Assembly (NCBI GenBank): GCA_027604505.1
Contig: JADIIX010000006.1
Span: 248,001-308,043, forward strand
Reading direction: 5' to 3'
Length of the DNA stretch: 60,043 bases
Origin: Gonapodya sp. JEL0774
Lineage: Eukaryota
The stretch's first letter is position 1; each line of letters opens with the position of its first letter. The notes below the pieces were generated by a model, which was not told the origin of the DNA, ran no database searches, and saw nothing but the letters and a program-made list of their open reading frames with translations. Made by a program: the position numbers and the translations under genes. Shown piece by piece: positions 1 to 13,330 of this stretch.

Positions 1-1
1 C

Positions 2-1156
<1,155 letters not shown>

Positions 1157-1321
1157 CACTGATGTAGAATAGTTTAACATGCAAATACCCTAATGATTGC
1201 AATACAGTACTTAAACCGTTGTTAAGGAATTCAAATTATACGGTACAGTTGGAGTAAAGATAAATCGGGCGAATCGCTTATATTCATCCCTCTCATAACA
1301 TCTTCGTTGGAACATTTGATC

Positions 1322-2860
1322 ATGGACACGAAAGGAAAGAGACCTCTGAGGGAACTGGGAGATGACGATGATCACGGTCCCAACTCAAACAAGAGGAAAA
1401 AGGTACATTTTGATGAGGTTACAGAGGTGCGCAAGTTTTCGGGGGAATCTGAGGAACCCGACGACGCTGAAGAAGAGGACTTGGAGCTAGGTTTGTTGCG
1501 AATCGCCTCGTACATGCTGGGATCTTGATTTGCTTACTTGTTTGCTCTGTAGCTCCAAAGCGCAGGAAGGCGGTGCGACTAGGTAAGTCGGTTCCAATTT
1601 TTTTAACACGCAACAATGTCCCGCACTACACTTTCTGTATAGAGGGCTACGACTCCGATGACGATACTCCGGCTCTTGCGGCCGGGATGGGAGACGACGA
1701 TGACGACCTTTTTGGCGACGATACGAAGAGTTCGAAGAAAGCTAAACGGAAGTTCGAATCAAAGTCAAAAAAGGAAGTCAAATTCATGCAAAAAGAGGAC
1801 ATTGAAGGTCAGGAGTGGGAGAACGGCGAAGACGACGACGAGTACGACGAGGGAGGCGTGAAGATTGAACCTTTCAACATGGATGACGAGCTTCAAAATG
1901 GGTGAGCAGAACGATATTGAGATGCAGACAATCACAATGATATGGTTTTCAAGCTTAACATGACGAATATCAGAGCCTTTGACGAGTCGGGCATGTACAT
2001 AAGGAAGAAGGATGAATTTGAGCATCATGACAAGTGGTTGCAGGGAACAACCCGGGACGACATAGAGAAAGTGGGCGTCGGATTCGCCGGGCTCGGAATG
2101 GTCGCCGCACTCATCAGTATCTTTCTTCAGGCTCGACTCGCCCACGAAAAGCAGGTTGCTCAAGCTTCGGAGCAAGATGCAAAAGATAGGAAGGCCATGA
2201 GTAGCCTTGATATCACAGATTTGTGGAAGGTACTTTTGATGCTTCTTAAGCCTGGTGAGAATATCATACGAGTGAGTTTTGATTGTGTTCATTGGTGGTG
2301 CACACAAGCTGAACGTATCTTGAAGGCGCTCAAACGGCTAGGATCAAATGTTCCCTCTTCAACTGTGCCGGCATGGAAGCGAAAGCTGGAAGAGAGTAAA
2401 CGCAAGAAAGAGCAAATGGCCGTGCTTGCAAATAAAACCCACAAGCAAGCACAGTCTTTAAGGGATGATTCTCATGAGATTGAAGCACGCGCTAGCGCAA
2501 AGATCGACATGGATGCAATCACAGCTCTTGCCGACAAAATGATGGCTATGGGTGTTCTTGGTCGGTCCTTGCTGTTGTTCGCCCCGTACGGAGAATTATT
2601 AATTTTTGTCATGCACTCAGATGTTTACGAGGAAACTTTCGAGCAGATAACGCGACAACTGAGACTGAAGGATGTTGTTGGTGAGTGTACTGTCATTTTT
2701 GTGAGAGGATCTGTGTGCCAGGGATTACGGGACCACTTCATTTTCAACAGATGAGTTCTGGCAGCCAGGCGAAGGTAGGCCAGCCAAGTCCGTGCTAGAT
2801 GCGATGCCAGAGTTGTCGAAAAGATTTCCAGATGATCAAAGTGTGGAAGAAATTTCCTAA
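1322..2860 (+). CDS. LIN1: LIN1/CD2BP2 (U5 snRNP 52K)-like protein, multi-exon
   Basis: Motifs GYDSDDD, IEPFNMDDELQNG-FDESGMYIRKKD, DKWLQG, LKPGENI..ALKRLG, ITALADKMM..G..DVYEETFEQI. The stop is inferred at 2858-2860 after the last intron. Confidence 0.75.
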
Positions 2861-2928
2861 GCTCAACAGCCACAGCAATAACACCCCATCGTACGGTGAA
2901 AGTTGTGAAAGGAGCTGTAAAATTAAAA

Positions 2929-3885
2929 ATGCCATCACCTCCATCTGACTACTATACAGTTTTGGAGGTACCGCGAACAGCCACCCAACAACAGATCCGG
3001 GAATCTTACAGGTGATCACCTTCATCATGTTGCATATGCTATCCCCAGTGGTCTTCAACACTGAAACCCGGTTTTCTCTTCAGACGCCTTGCACTTTTAA
3101 ACCATCCCGACAGGTGAACATCTCATCATACTGTGCTTTCGTTTTCTGACGCTCATCGCGCTGGTGCCCTTCGAAAGAGAACCCGACGATCCTGGACTTA
3201 CAGCAAGATTTCAGGTAAACTCATACATTTGCGTCACACCGCATTCTGTTACATCACACATCGCTTATTGTTCGGCAAAACCCTGCAATGTAGCTTATCG
3301 CAGATGCCTATTACACTTTGAGTGACATTGGGAAACGGCGGGATTACGATTCAAGACATCAAGCCCCCTCTTCGCACGTCAACGCAAACGGGCTCTTTAC
3401 CGAAGTGTTCGAGGATCTTTTGCGACCAGAAGTGGATGGTCGTGTTCGTCAAACGTCTAGGGGGACCTTCACTACTGGTTGGTTACAGTGAAGCATTCTT
3501 CAAGTTTCTCTTCAATCTGAAATTCAAATGGGCTTGCTAGTTGGAGGGGTATCTGGGGCGGGAATAGGATTTATTGTTGCCAACGTACCAGGTGCCATTG
3601 TGGGGGGAGTTGTCGGAGGAGCTCTGGGGATGATAAGAGATCGCAAGGTGGTTACCAAAGCAAAGAAACAGCTACAACATTTTGCAAGCATGTCTTGATC
3701 AACTCTGCGTTTGTTTCTTCAAGGGAATGTCTCTTTTGGATTCCTTTAACCAACTTCCCACAGAGACGAGACAGGAAATAATTAAAGTCATCAGTGGAAT
3801 TATTATGGGTGGTGTCGCAGGCTATGCTCGTGAGAAACTTGGACTTACCTTTGGTGGTGTGGGTTCCGTTCATCATCATGGGTGA
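2929..3885 (+). CDS. DnaJ (J-domain) protein with glycine-rich hydrophobic C-terminal segment, multi-exon
   Basis: MPSPPSDYYTVLEVPRTATQQQIRESY, RLALLNHPDR (HPD motif), IADAYYTLSDIGKRRDYD, then GAGIGFIVANVPGAIVGGVVGGALG. Confidence 0.88.
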
Positions 3886-4083
3886 TGAAAGTGTCATGAC
3901 CATGCCGGAAGGCCCAGCCATTTCACAAAAGCTGCTATAGTTAGTCCATCGCACTTGTATTGCTGGTATCTCACAAGCTTTGTTTGTTGTATTTTGATCT
4001 ATCTTGCTCTACTGTCGGTTTCTTGGCCCTGTCAGACTCGCGAGTGCCCAAAACAATTTACAATTCACTCGCACCCAACAATC

Positions 4084-6019
4084 ATGTTGACAGAATCAAA
4101 TTCCAAATCTCTCCAGTCAACTCCCCCTGACGTTCTCCTCCATATCGGCTCGAAGAACCCGTCCGCAGGTGTTGATCTGGCCCCAATCAACTCGGTTCCA
4201 GTTTCAGATTCGCAATTACCCTCAATGTACTATTCTGCACCTGTAGTCCAAAGGAAGGAGTTGCGTCCGGAATCACCAGGAGGGCGCCGTGTGGTATTCA
4301 CGGAGCCCGAAACTGTTCGGAATGGAGATGATACTCCAGGAAACGAGCCTGAAGGAATCAACAATTCCAATTGGGAGAGGCGATTATCGATCGCCAAGAC
4401 AGAGAATGGAACAAGCAGGGAAGGTGACACTGGACGGGGAGGATCAGAGAATGGGGGCGAGGAGCGTGACACATTTGTGACACAGCGGGCGGGGACCCTG
4501 TAAGCCATCTCTCTGCTCCTTTTGCGTGGACACTGTTGTAAGGGGCTCTTAACACTAGTATCGAGCTTCCTCGGCCCTCTGCCACCATTAATTCCCATTT
4601 GGCAATGGAACTGGTGCGAGCACAGCACCCGTCGATCTTTGAAGGGCGAAGAACTCTGCAGTCCACTCTTCTTTTGGCCAAAAAGCGTGAAATGCTCGAA
4701 GTGCAGCAGCAATTGGATGAGAAGCGTGCGGAGTTCAATCATCGAATGCAAGATTGCCGGGAAAAGCAGGAGGAGCTGATGGCTAAGCAAAAGCAAATAA
4801 GAGAGCGCGTCTCGAAATTTGAAAAGTTCTTGGTTGAAAACGACGCGAAGAGACAGAGGGCGCTGGTGAAAGCACAACAGGAGCGTAAGACAAGAGAGTT
4901 GAAGGACGTTGAGCTCGCTCAATTGAAAGAGAGGCTCCTTCAGGAATCGAAAAGTGCCGAACAAATACGGAAGCTCCTGGGTAGTTCGCTCATTGGTATT
5001 TTTGGGGGCGTTTGTAAACTTATACCTTGACTCTCTAGAGAAGTACCGACCCTACGAGGAATACCTTCAGCTCGTTGTTTCCACCCTTCCTCTCAATTAC
5101 CTCGACACTCCTGAACCTCAAATTAGTGATTTCTTGGCCCGCCATCGTACCCTTCTCGAGACCTCCTTAGATTTGGAGCGTCAGCTTTCTCGATCCCAGG
5201 ATGAAATCGAACGGGAGCAAACGCGACTCAGCTATCTCCTCAAAGAAAAGAGTGACACGATATTGGTATACAATAGCACTCTCGGCACGTTACAGAAGCG
5301 ACTCGATGCAATGAAGGGAGAAAATGCGAGTGTGGAGGCGAAAGTCAATGACCGCGACAGGGCAGCGAAACATAAAGTGAGGTTGTGTGGTTCGTCGATC
5401 AGGCCACATAATGTGAGCTCTTCCCACCTCGACAGCAACGCCTTCTCAGCGAGGTGAAACTTGCAATCAACAATATCCATGAGCGGTTGCAGTCGAGGCC
5501 TCCCGCTAGCGGGATGGTTCGATTCTCCACAGGCCCAGCGAACCCGGGCCACCCGATTGGTCACTCACCATCTTCTCAATTGCAAGGAGCAGATATGTGC
5601 CGAGGAAACCAGTCGACAATGAAGTCCCGACCATTTGTCGCAACCGACCTTGTAGTTGGAGTTGCACCAGGCGATCACGGATTGGAGATCATGCAGCCAT
5701 CAAGACCGCATACTCAGACTGGCTTAGGACCACCTATGACGTCACAGGGTAACATTAACGGTAAAAGGCGAAAGGTAGCGCTCCCTGTTGCCCCTCGTGC
5801 CCGCACTGCTCCAACAGGGGCATCCACGGACGATTCATTAAAAGCATTGCTGGAGAAGTTAACGGCGATTCGGGACAGGTTAATTGACTTACAAAGTGAG
5901 TGGTGTGCCTAATGCGACGGTGGCGTCCTTGGCGGCTAACGTGCAATTGGCCTCGTCTATGCGTAGTTATTGTTAAGACATTAGAAGAAGAGAGTTCGTC
6001 AGATGTAGAGCCTTCGTAA
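4084..6019 (+). CDS. Cilia/flagella-associated coiled-coil protein, CFAP73/CCDC42 (DUF4200) family
   Basis: QSTLLLAKKREMLEVQQQLDEKRAEF...KFEKFLVENDAKRQRA...LEKYRPYEEYL matches the DUF4200 pattern. Four GT-AG introns join the ORF pieces. Confidence 0.8.
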
Positions 6020-6211
6020 AACATGCTCATTCTGTTATCAGTTTCCAGGCGCTTCGCTTCATGGTTGGTTTTTTGGCAGTCTTGCTCAGTGGGGCGGTGC
6101 TTTGGGCTTCGATCATATTTGTGAAAGAGCGAGTTGGTCACAACTGCATAACAGCATCAGTGATCAGATCACAACCACTCCAATCACTTTTAACCATTCT
6201 GAGAATTCTCG

Positions 6212-7314
6212 ATGGCAACCTACACACCGTATAGTCAGTTACAGCAAACCCAGAGCCAACAGGACCAGTACTACTCCCACTCTCCATACTCTCAGTATCA
6301 CCCACAGAGCCAAAGCTCGGGCCCTTCAGGTTCACATCCCGACCCCTATAGCGCGCGAAACTATCGGGAACCACCACAGTCGTGGGATACCGACGAGAAA
6401 AGAAGCTCGCGCTCAGCACTGAATCCTTCTCAGGAGATCCCTTTGACTGGAATGTACTCTCCAAACAAGACCGATGATTATGAAGGGGATCCAGAACCCT
6501 TGCCGAAGAAGAAGAGAAACGCGTTCCTCCGCTATTGTTGTTGTTGTTGCTTCTCTAGGAGGGGACGGTGGACCTGCTGTCTCATAACATTATTCTTGAT
6601 GGCGGGTCTCGCTGTTGCAGGCTTTTTCTTGTGGCCGAGAATACCAACAGTAAATGTGAGTTATACAGAAGCTGCTTTTGGAACACATTTTGGTGCTCAT
6701 CTTCGTCGCTGTTTGTGATAAATTCAGATAGGATCATTTGCCTTATCTTCCAGCACTCCAACTCCCATCAAATTCTCTTTGTCGACCACAAACCCTGGCA
6801 TTACTATTGCCATGGATCTCAATGTGGCTGTCGCGTCAAAGAATTACATTCCCTGGACGGTCGATATTTCGGTATCTGGTTACTACCCTTCGAATGGTGG
6901 CACACTTCCGAACCGTACCCTCGTTGCCACGGGTCTCAAGTCGGGCGTAGTTTTTGCCCCTATGATTGTTACCAACTTCACCTTCCCAATCACGGTTGCA
7001 TACAATGCTTCCACTCTGCGGGACCCGCTTCTCCTTGACTCTCTCAACAAATGCGGCTACTGGGACGGCACTCAGAAAACATTCCAATTCTCATACACGG
7101 CGACGGTGAGTTTGCTGTCATGGGTATTAGTTATTTGGTTTCCGGGAGCTTTATTTTGGTCAACCCCCTTTAGGTTTCACCTTCCGCGCTGTCCTTCATC
7201 AAGGTCTCATTCGATGGATCCACTTCCTTCAACTGTCCATTAACGCAAGATGAAGTCAATCAACTAAAGCAACAAGCCGGAAACGCTCTCGATGGCCTTC
7301 AACCCTCTCGGTAA
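6212..7314 (+). CDS. Type II single-pass membrane protein, LEA_2/TMEM106-like
   Basis: Low-complexity N-terminus, YCCCCCF cluster, TM helix ending FFLWPRIPTV, beta-rich luminal domain, C-terminal SFNCP. Two introns. Confidence 0.6.
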
Positions 7315-7395
7315 CCCCACATGGACTTGCATTGATTCCCATTGCTTTGCATTCAACACTGAAAATATGCAGTGATATAATTGTAAAATTGGTAT

Positions 7396-9284
7396 TCATG
7401 TGTGCATCTGTTCGCTCTGAATGTTGTCACGGTGTGGACCATCCTCCACCAATGCTCTCTCCCGGGCTTGCCGTGCTTCTTCGCGCCAGTCAATGCGCAA
7501 TATTGCAGCAACCATGACGGAAGCCACGCCATAAAGCGCCAAGCAAAGCCCTAACCACAGTCCTGTCACACCCAATCGTGTTTTGAACGCCAGATATGCA
7601 CCCAGAGGAATCCCGAACAGATAATCTGTGGACAGACATTTGAAGCTTCGAACCGACAACCGCACTTACAAAATGCACACACGTACACAAGACCATGTTC
7701 GCCTCGGCTCCAACTTCCTGCCATCCCACGCCTCTCACAACACCACCAGCCCACATGACCACACCGTCTGCAAGTTGAAGAGCAGCACCAGCGATTAATA
7801 GCTGTGACACCATATCGGCGGTCTGCGAATCATCAGTAAAAAATGGTCCCCATACCGGTCGAACGGCGATGAGAAACACCATATTGATGAGCTCTAAAGG
7901 GATACAAAGGAAGAAGGAGGAGTCTGCAGCGGTGTATGACACGATCAGTTAGGTGAGGTGTTGCTAATGTGAACAACACGCACATGCCACCACACGCGCT
8001 TGCACCCAACGGTTTTCACCCAGCAGGTTACCGATTCTGTTACCTGACGCTATTGTGGTCCCGTAAACAATCTGATAGGTGCATGTGAGAGTCAACAGTG
8101 CTATGGTCTGCGCAGCAAGTGCGGACTCTCCGAAAACGCCAGCGAGAAGGGCTATTATCTACGACGGGAATAGGAGGTTTTTAAACCTTACCGAATAACG
8201 ACAGTGGTACGATACTCACCTCATACGCCCAATACTCGCCGCAAAGCAGAAAAACTCCGGGTATTGCCAGACGCACCATGGGCCACCAATTGTCAAGTGA
8301 ACGCTTGTCCAAGCCTAGAAATGAGTACATACGCCGTATGAATCACGACATGCACAAGACATACTGCCGCCAGGATTCCCACACAAAACATACCTCCCCA
8401 TCGGCCGAACCCTTTTGTCATCGATATGTAAACTCCCAGAATCAGAAATTGAAGAGTGTATGTAATACACAACGAAACTGCGGCTCCGTCAAATCCGATC
8501 GCCGTGTCATTTTGCTGTATCAGGAAATAAGCCGTAAACAAATGGACTGGGACAGTAACCAGTTGCACGTAGAACGGAACACGCATGTAACCCATTGCCT
8601 GGCAGTACTTTTTCAAACATTCGAACCAGAGGACCGGGAGTAGACCAGGCAAAAGAAAAATACAAAACCGGCCAGCCAGTCGTGAAACTTCCGGGTCCTG
8701 ACCCAACAACAAAAGGACTTTCTCGACGTGGAACCAAAAAAATCCGAGTGGAGCTGATATGAAAACCATCAAAAGCATGCCTCGTTGGAGGATCACTCCA
8801 GTCACAAATGGGTCCAAACTCTCTGCGTCTGACGCAGTCACTGCTTGTGAAAGTAACGTATCGAGGGACAATGCCGCTCCGAAACCGACATATACTCCGG
8901 TGCAATTAGCGACCATAACTCCCAAAGCTAGCCCCGCGAGATAGGTTGTGGATAAATGTCCCACAAAATAAGCGTTGGAGGATGGAACTAAAATTTGCAT
9001 CAAGTACCCAAGAGACACGGGTGTCCCCCTGAGACCAGAGACTCGTTTAACATTTGAAAAAGTAGTGAAGCATGGCATCTTTCATACTCTTTGACGAGCC
9101 CCCAGGTTTCTTCCCATCCCGATTTTTGCAATGAAGACCACAGATCGCTGTCTAATTTGGAGCGCGGAAGGCAAACCGAGTCTTCCCCATTTACAGCAAC
9201 CTGTGCCTGCGGAAGAAGCGGATCAGATTCGCTCGACATCGTGATGGGTTCCCTCGGAAGAAGCGGATCAGATTCACTCGACAT
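7396..9284 (-). CDS. MATE family multidrug/toxin efflux transporter, multi-exon
   Basis: FVGHLSTTYLAGLALG, ALSLDTLLSQA, LLLLGQDPEVSRLAG, CGEYWAYE, RIGNLLG, GVVRGVGWQ, LGVTGLWLG, IDWREEA. Confidence 0.92.
9210..9284 (-). repeat. Tandem duplication of the first 10 codons of the MATE gene
   Basis: cggaagaagcggatcagattc(g/a)ctcgacat occurs at 9210-9239 and 9255-9284, one mismatch, period 45 nt. It encodes MSSESDPLLP twice. Confidence 0.9.
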
Positions 9285-9414
9285 AGGAATGGAGTGGAAA
9301 CAGAAGAGTGGGATCGCGAGTTGTTTGTCAAGGTTCGGGTTTGGAGCAGCGACTTTCCCAATGATCGTGACCAAAGGCCTTCCAAATTTGGAATTCACAA
9401 CACATCATCACAGA

Positions 9415-10922
9415 CTAATATGATCTTCCCGGTACTACGGGGTGTGAAGCGCTCAGACCTCCACAAACTGGCAGACTCTGGCCATTCACGTAGCTAGCGT
9501 CATCACTTGCCAAAAATACCACAGCAGCAGCAATTTCCTCGGGGACGCCGTAACGCCCCATCGGGTTAAGTTGACCCACTTTACCCAGTGTGCCACGGCC
9601 GCGCGCATAGTCAAATGTACCGGCAGTCATGCCTTATTGTAAGCAAAGCCTGAGAACACATACTCTTCAACAAGGGTAGCAGAGCAAACAACGTACCAGT
9701 TTCCGTCAGTCCCGGGTTCACTGCGTTCACGCGAACACCCGTCCTCTGGAGTTGCCAAGATGCAGCCGCCACAAGATTGATGACCCTACAATGTCGTCAA
9801 AATCACGTTGATGTTGAGGCTGCCCCAAGCCTGCACTACCTCACCAATGCTTACGCGGCTTTCGACATTGAATAAACAACTCCCCCGGCACCAGATCGCA
9901 TTCCGGCTGTATGAACCGTGAAAGAATATTGAACAAGATGAACATGTTATTCTATTGGAAAAGTGAACCATTGTTACCGACCTACGCTGGCGGTGCAAAC
10001 AATGGACCCTCCTGCTTCTGGCTTCTCGTTCGAGGTCACGCGCATGGCGGTTGACGCTAATTTGCATGCGAGGAAAGGCCCAAGCTTAAATGACATCAAA
10101 CAAGTCAAAACGAGCTCAAACACAATCAACAACATCATTGCAAAACTCACCGCATTGACCCTCATGGTTTTGTTAAAGGTCTCCACGGTCGTGTCAACAA
10201 GAATCTCACCAGATCCAACGCCAGCATTCGCGAAGAATACATCCAGTCGTCCAAAGTCGGATAAGGCCCTCTGGAAACATCTAGATATACAAAACAGACT
10301 TTCGGCGGTATCGGTCTCCTGAACAACCTACCTGACAAATGGCCTTCACATCAGCTTCGTTCGCCGCATCAAGTTGAAGGGCGATGGCAAGGGTACTTGG
10401 ATATTGCTTCTCGATAAGATTCGCGAGCTCGGGCAGATTGGAAGAATCATAGTCCGTGCAGTACTACCGAACGGACGCTTGTTGTAAGTTATGAAGAACT
10501 CAGAAGCGCGAATGCGATACACGATGCTTTTCCAGTGCCCTCGAAGATGCGTGTTCGGCACTCTCACCACGGCCTTGGCTCCATTCTGCGCGAATGCGAT
10601 ACACGAAGCCCTTCCAATTCCCTTCAGAGAGTTTGCGCCAGTTCTGTTTCGAAAGCGAAAATATACAACCGGTTTCACAATCAGTGGCCCCCTGTTGCAA
10701 CACAGTATGAGTTAACTTACACAATGCACACCTGATGTTCCCGTAATCAACCGTCAATACCAATCTCAGCGTTTACTTTTGCGAGAAAACTTCACTCACT
10801 TTGCCTTCCAAACGTGGACGGCCCACTCTGGCAGCAAGTTTCTCCCGAACTACATCTCCCGGATCGCCGGGTTTCGCCGCGAGTTGCGAAGAGATTTGAG
10901 CAGCGCGGGAATTGGCGGACAT
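9415..10922 (-). CDS. Short-chain dehydrogenase/reductase (SDR), multi-exon
   Basis: [77 protein letters not shown]. Confidence 0.92.
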
Positions 10923-11156
10923 AGAAAGAGTGTGATGGAAGCTAGAGTTGTTTGCAAGAAACACTTTCTGGATGAGTTTGCCGGCCACAAATTTGTCGAC
11001 TATTTTTTTTTCCGGAGATGGTTCCGATTGTGCACCCATCGGCAGTCCAATATCGCTTTCAAAAATTTGTGAAACTTTTTGATGTGAACACAGCTACCAC
11101 TGACGAATCCCCAAGCTCGAATTGATACTGAATAAACAGAACTAATAGAATCATTC

Positions 11157-13015
11157 TCAGACGGAGTCCTTCGTTGCTAGATTTTTGTGAAGAAATTCCA
11201 CAATTCGATCATAAAGCTCAGGTGTCAGTGACTTGTAGTACTTAACCTGCAAGTGTTTGGAGGAAATCATTTGCAATACTTGGTCAATAAAGTGGGTCAC
11301 TCTCTGCTTGCATAGCCACTCAAGTACCTTGTTGTCTAGTCCCCCTAGCACGTTCAACAATGCCTGAGTAAATTGATTACCTTCGGATTCTACAACATGT
11401 CGAAGCAAATGCTGAAGCACGTGTTGATAATATATGGGAACGAGACTGTGTGAAGGTAGCACTTGACAAAGATTGTTTCTCACCTGGTTCGATTTCACGC
11501 CAAACGCCACGGCTTTTGTTCGTGGCAGTCGAATAAGCGTTTGCCGCTCAGTGCGATAGTAAACTTGGTCTCCGGTTTTGTCCTGAGATTGATGGACAAG
11601 CTCATCTCCACGATATGCCGGAGAAGTCGCGTGACTTTGATGATCCTTTCGCCACAATCGACAATCAGTCGTCAGAATCCAATTAAAGCGGTTAATCGGC
11701 TTTCCTTCTCGAAGTCCGGATGAGAAGAACCTGAGTGAAGTATGTACGATGAGACGAAATGAAAACTGGGGGCACGAGGCAATCTCCTCAGATTGCTCGC
11801 GCACTTGTTCATACTCTTTCGCAGCACTGAGTCATAGCTTGGTACCGGGTTGTGGACAAAGGACATAATGCGGCCTATGCGATCCCTTTGAAGGAAACCT
11901 TGGAAACAAAATGTGCTGTTTAATCATCATCACAACATTGCATTTATGACATACTTGTCTCACCTGGAAAGGTGAAAATGTTGACTGCGGACACGAAACG
12001 GTACTGTGCAACTCCGCCGTCCAAATCGGGATCGGGCTCTTCGGTACCGGGCATGACGATTATCCAGTCCGCCTGGAGGCGTCAGTGATGAAATGAAAAC
12101 GGAACACAGCTTGAAAGTCGCGACGTAGACGTCATCATTCTCACTTGTGTCAAGAGGCCCAGGACGTATAGAGGCCTCTCCCAATCCTTGCCCCCTGGTC
12201 CGAGATCCCATTCATCTCCACGCAGCTTGTTAGCAAACGTCCTTCGCCCATCTGGACTTGTGTTCCACATAAAGGACGTCGGAAAACGCTTGCCAAGGTA
12301 ATCAATTACGACTTCTAGCATTTCGCGGTTGGCGTCCGCCAGTTTGTCAAGGTCAACGAGCTTGTCGTAGGGAGCAGGCGGTTGGTGGCAAATAACTTCT
12401 TCATACGCCTTTGATATCGCATCTTTTCGAATGTCCATGTCAGCTTGATACTTTGTGATGGTGATTGGTTACCAGTTGGCGACGGTGATGGTGTGACCCG
12501 TGACTTTCACACAAAACGTACATGTGAGTCTATTTCAATAATTTCATCAACTGGACATATGGAGAGGTCTGAAAAGCGGGGATGGGGAATACACGGGTAT
12601 TGAATCAGGAACTTCCCATCACACGATCCACGGATTCTCCAGAGAAGTTATGGACTCACTCACTCATCTTTTGACGATGTGGTATTGGAGTACCAAGGAC
12701 TCCTTGCTTGTTTCTGTTGTGAGATGAATGAGGTACATGTCCATCAATGACTATCGCGGAAATATCAGCTCACATCGCTGGAGGAGGAAACTCTCCCACA
12801 AAAGGCTCAACCTTCACTGACGGCATTATCAACGATGCTCCGTCGACTGCCACTTCTCTGTTTTCCTGATCCTCATTCGAAAGCTCGTGTTGACGAACAA
12901 GGGAGTGTAGGATATCAATCACCTCGGGCGATCGGAACGCGATCGACACTGCGATCACAGCGCTGGCGGCGATAGCGGAAGAAACTAGCAGTGAATGCGA
13001 GAGTTGCTGGGACAT
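11157..13015 (-). CDS. DUF3445 / heme-dependent oxidative N-demethylase alpha-subunit-like protein, multi-exon
   Basis: YLGKRFPTSF, FVHNPVPSY, KPINRFNW and YRTERQTLIRLPRTKAVAFGVK are DUF3445 hallmarks. N-terminal hydrophobic anchor. Confidence 0.8.
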
Positions 13016-13171
13016 ATGTCAGAGAAACGTCTCCTTTGAGATGTCTCAGAAGTTGTTCATTTACGGGCCGCCCATTTGTTTACAGATGCACAAACCATCC
13101 ACTGTCAACATTCAAAAAAGTGGGGTCCTTCAACGCTGCAATTTCGCCGGACAGATTCCCCGGCTACGAAT

Positions 13172-13330
13172 GACTCCAACTCCAAATCCGTCCCCCAAAT
13201 CCAATCCAAAACCGTCCTAAACCAATCCCAAACCAGTCCCAACCCCGTCCCAAACCTATTCCAAATCCGTTTCCAACTCCCAACTCCCAACCTCCAACCA
13301 TCCCGCCTCCCCAAACTCTCCCTCTTCCTT
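13172..13330. repeat. Degenerate C-rich (G-rich on - strand) short tandem repeat tract
   Basis: Iterated units such as tccaac, tccaaa, tcccaa and aactccc, with very few G on the + strand. Confidence 0.8.
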
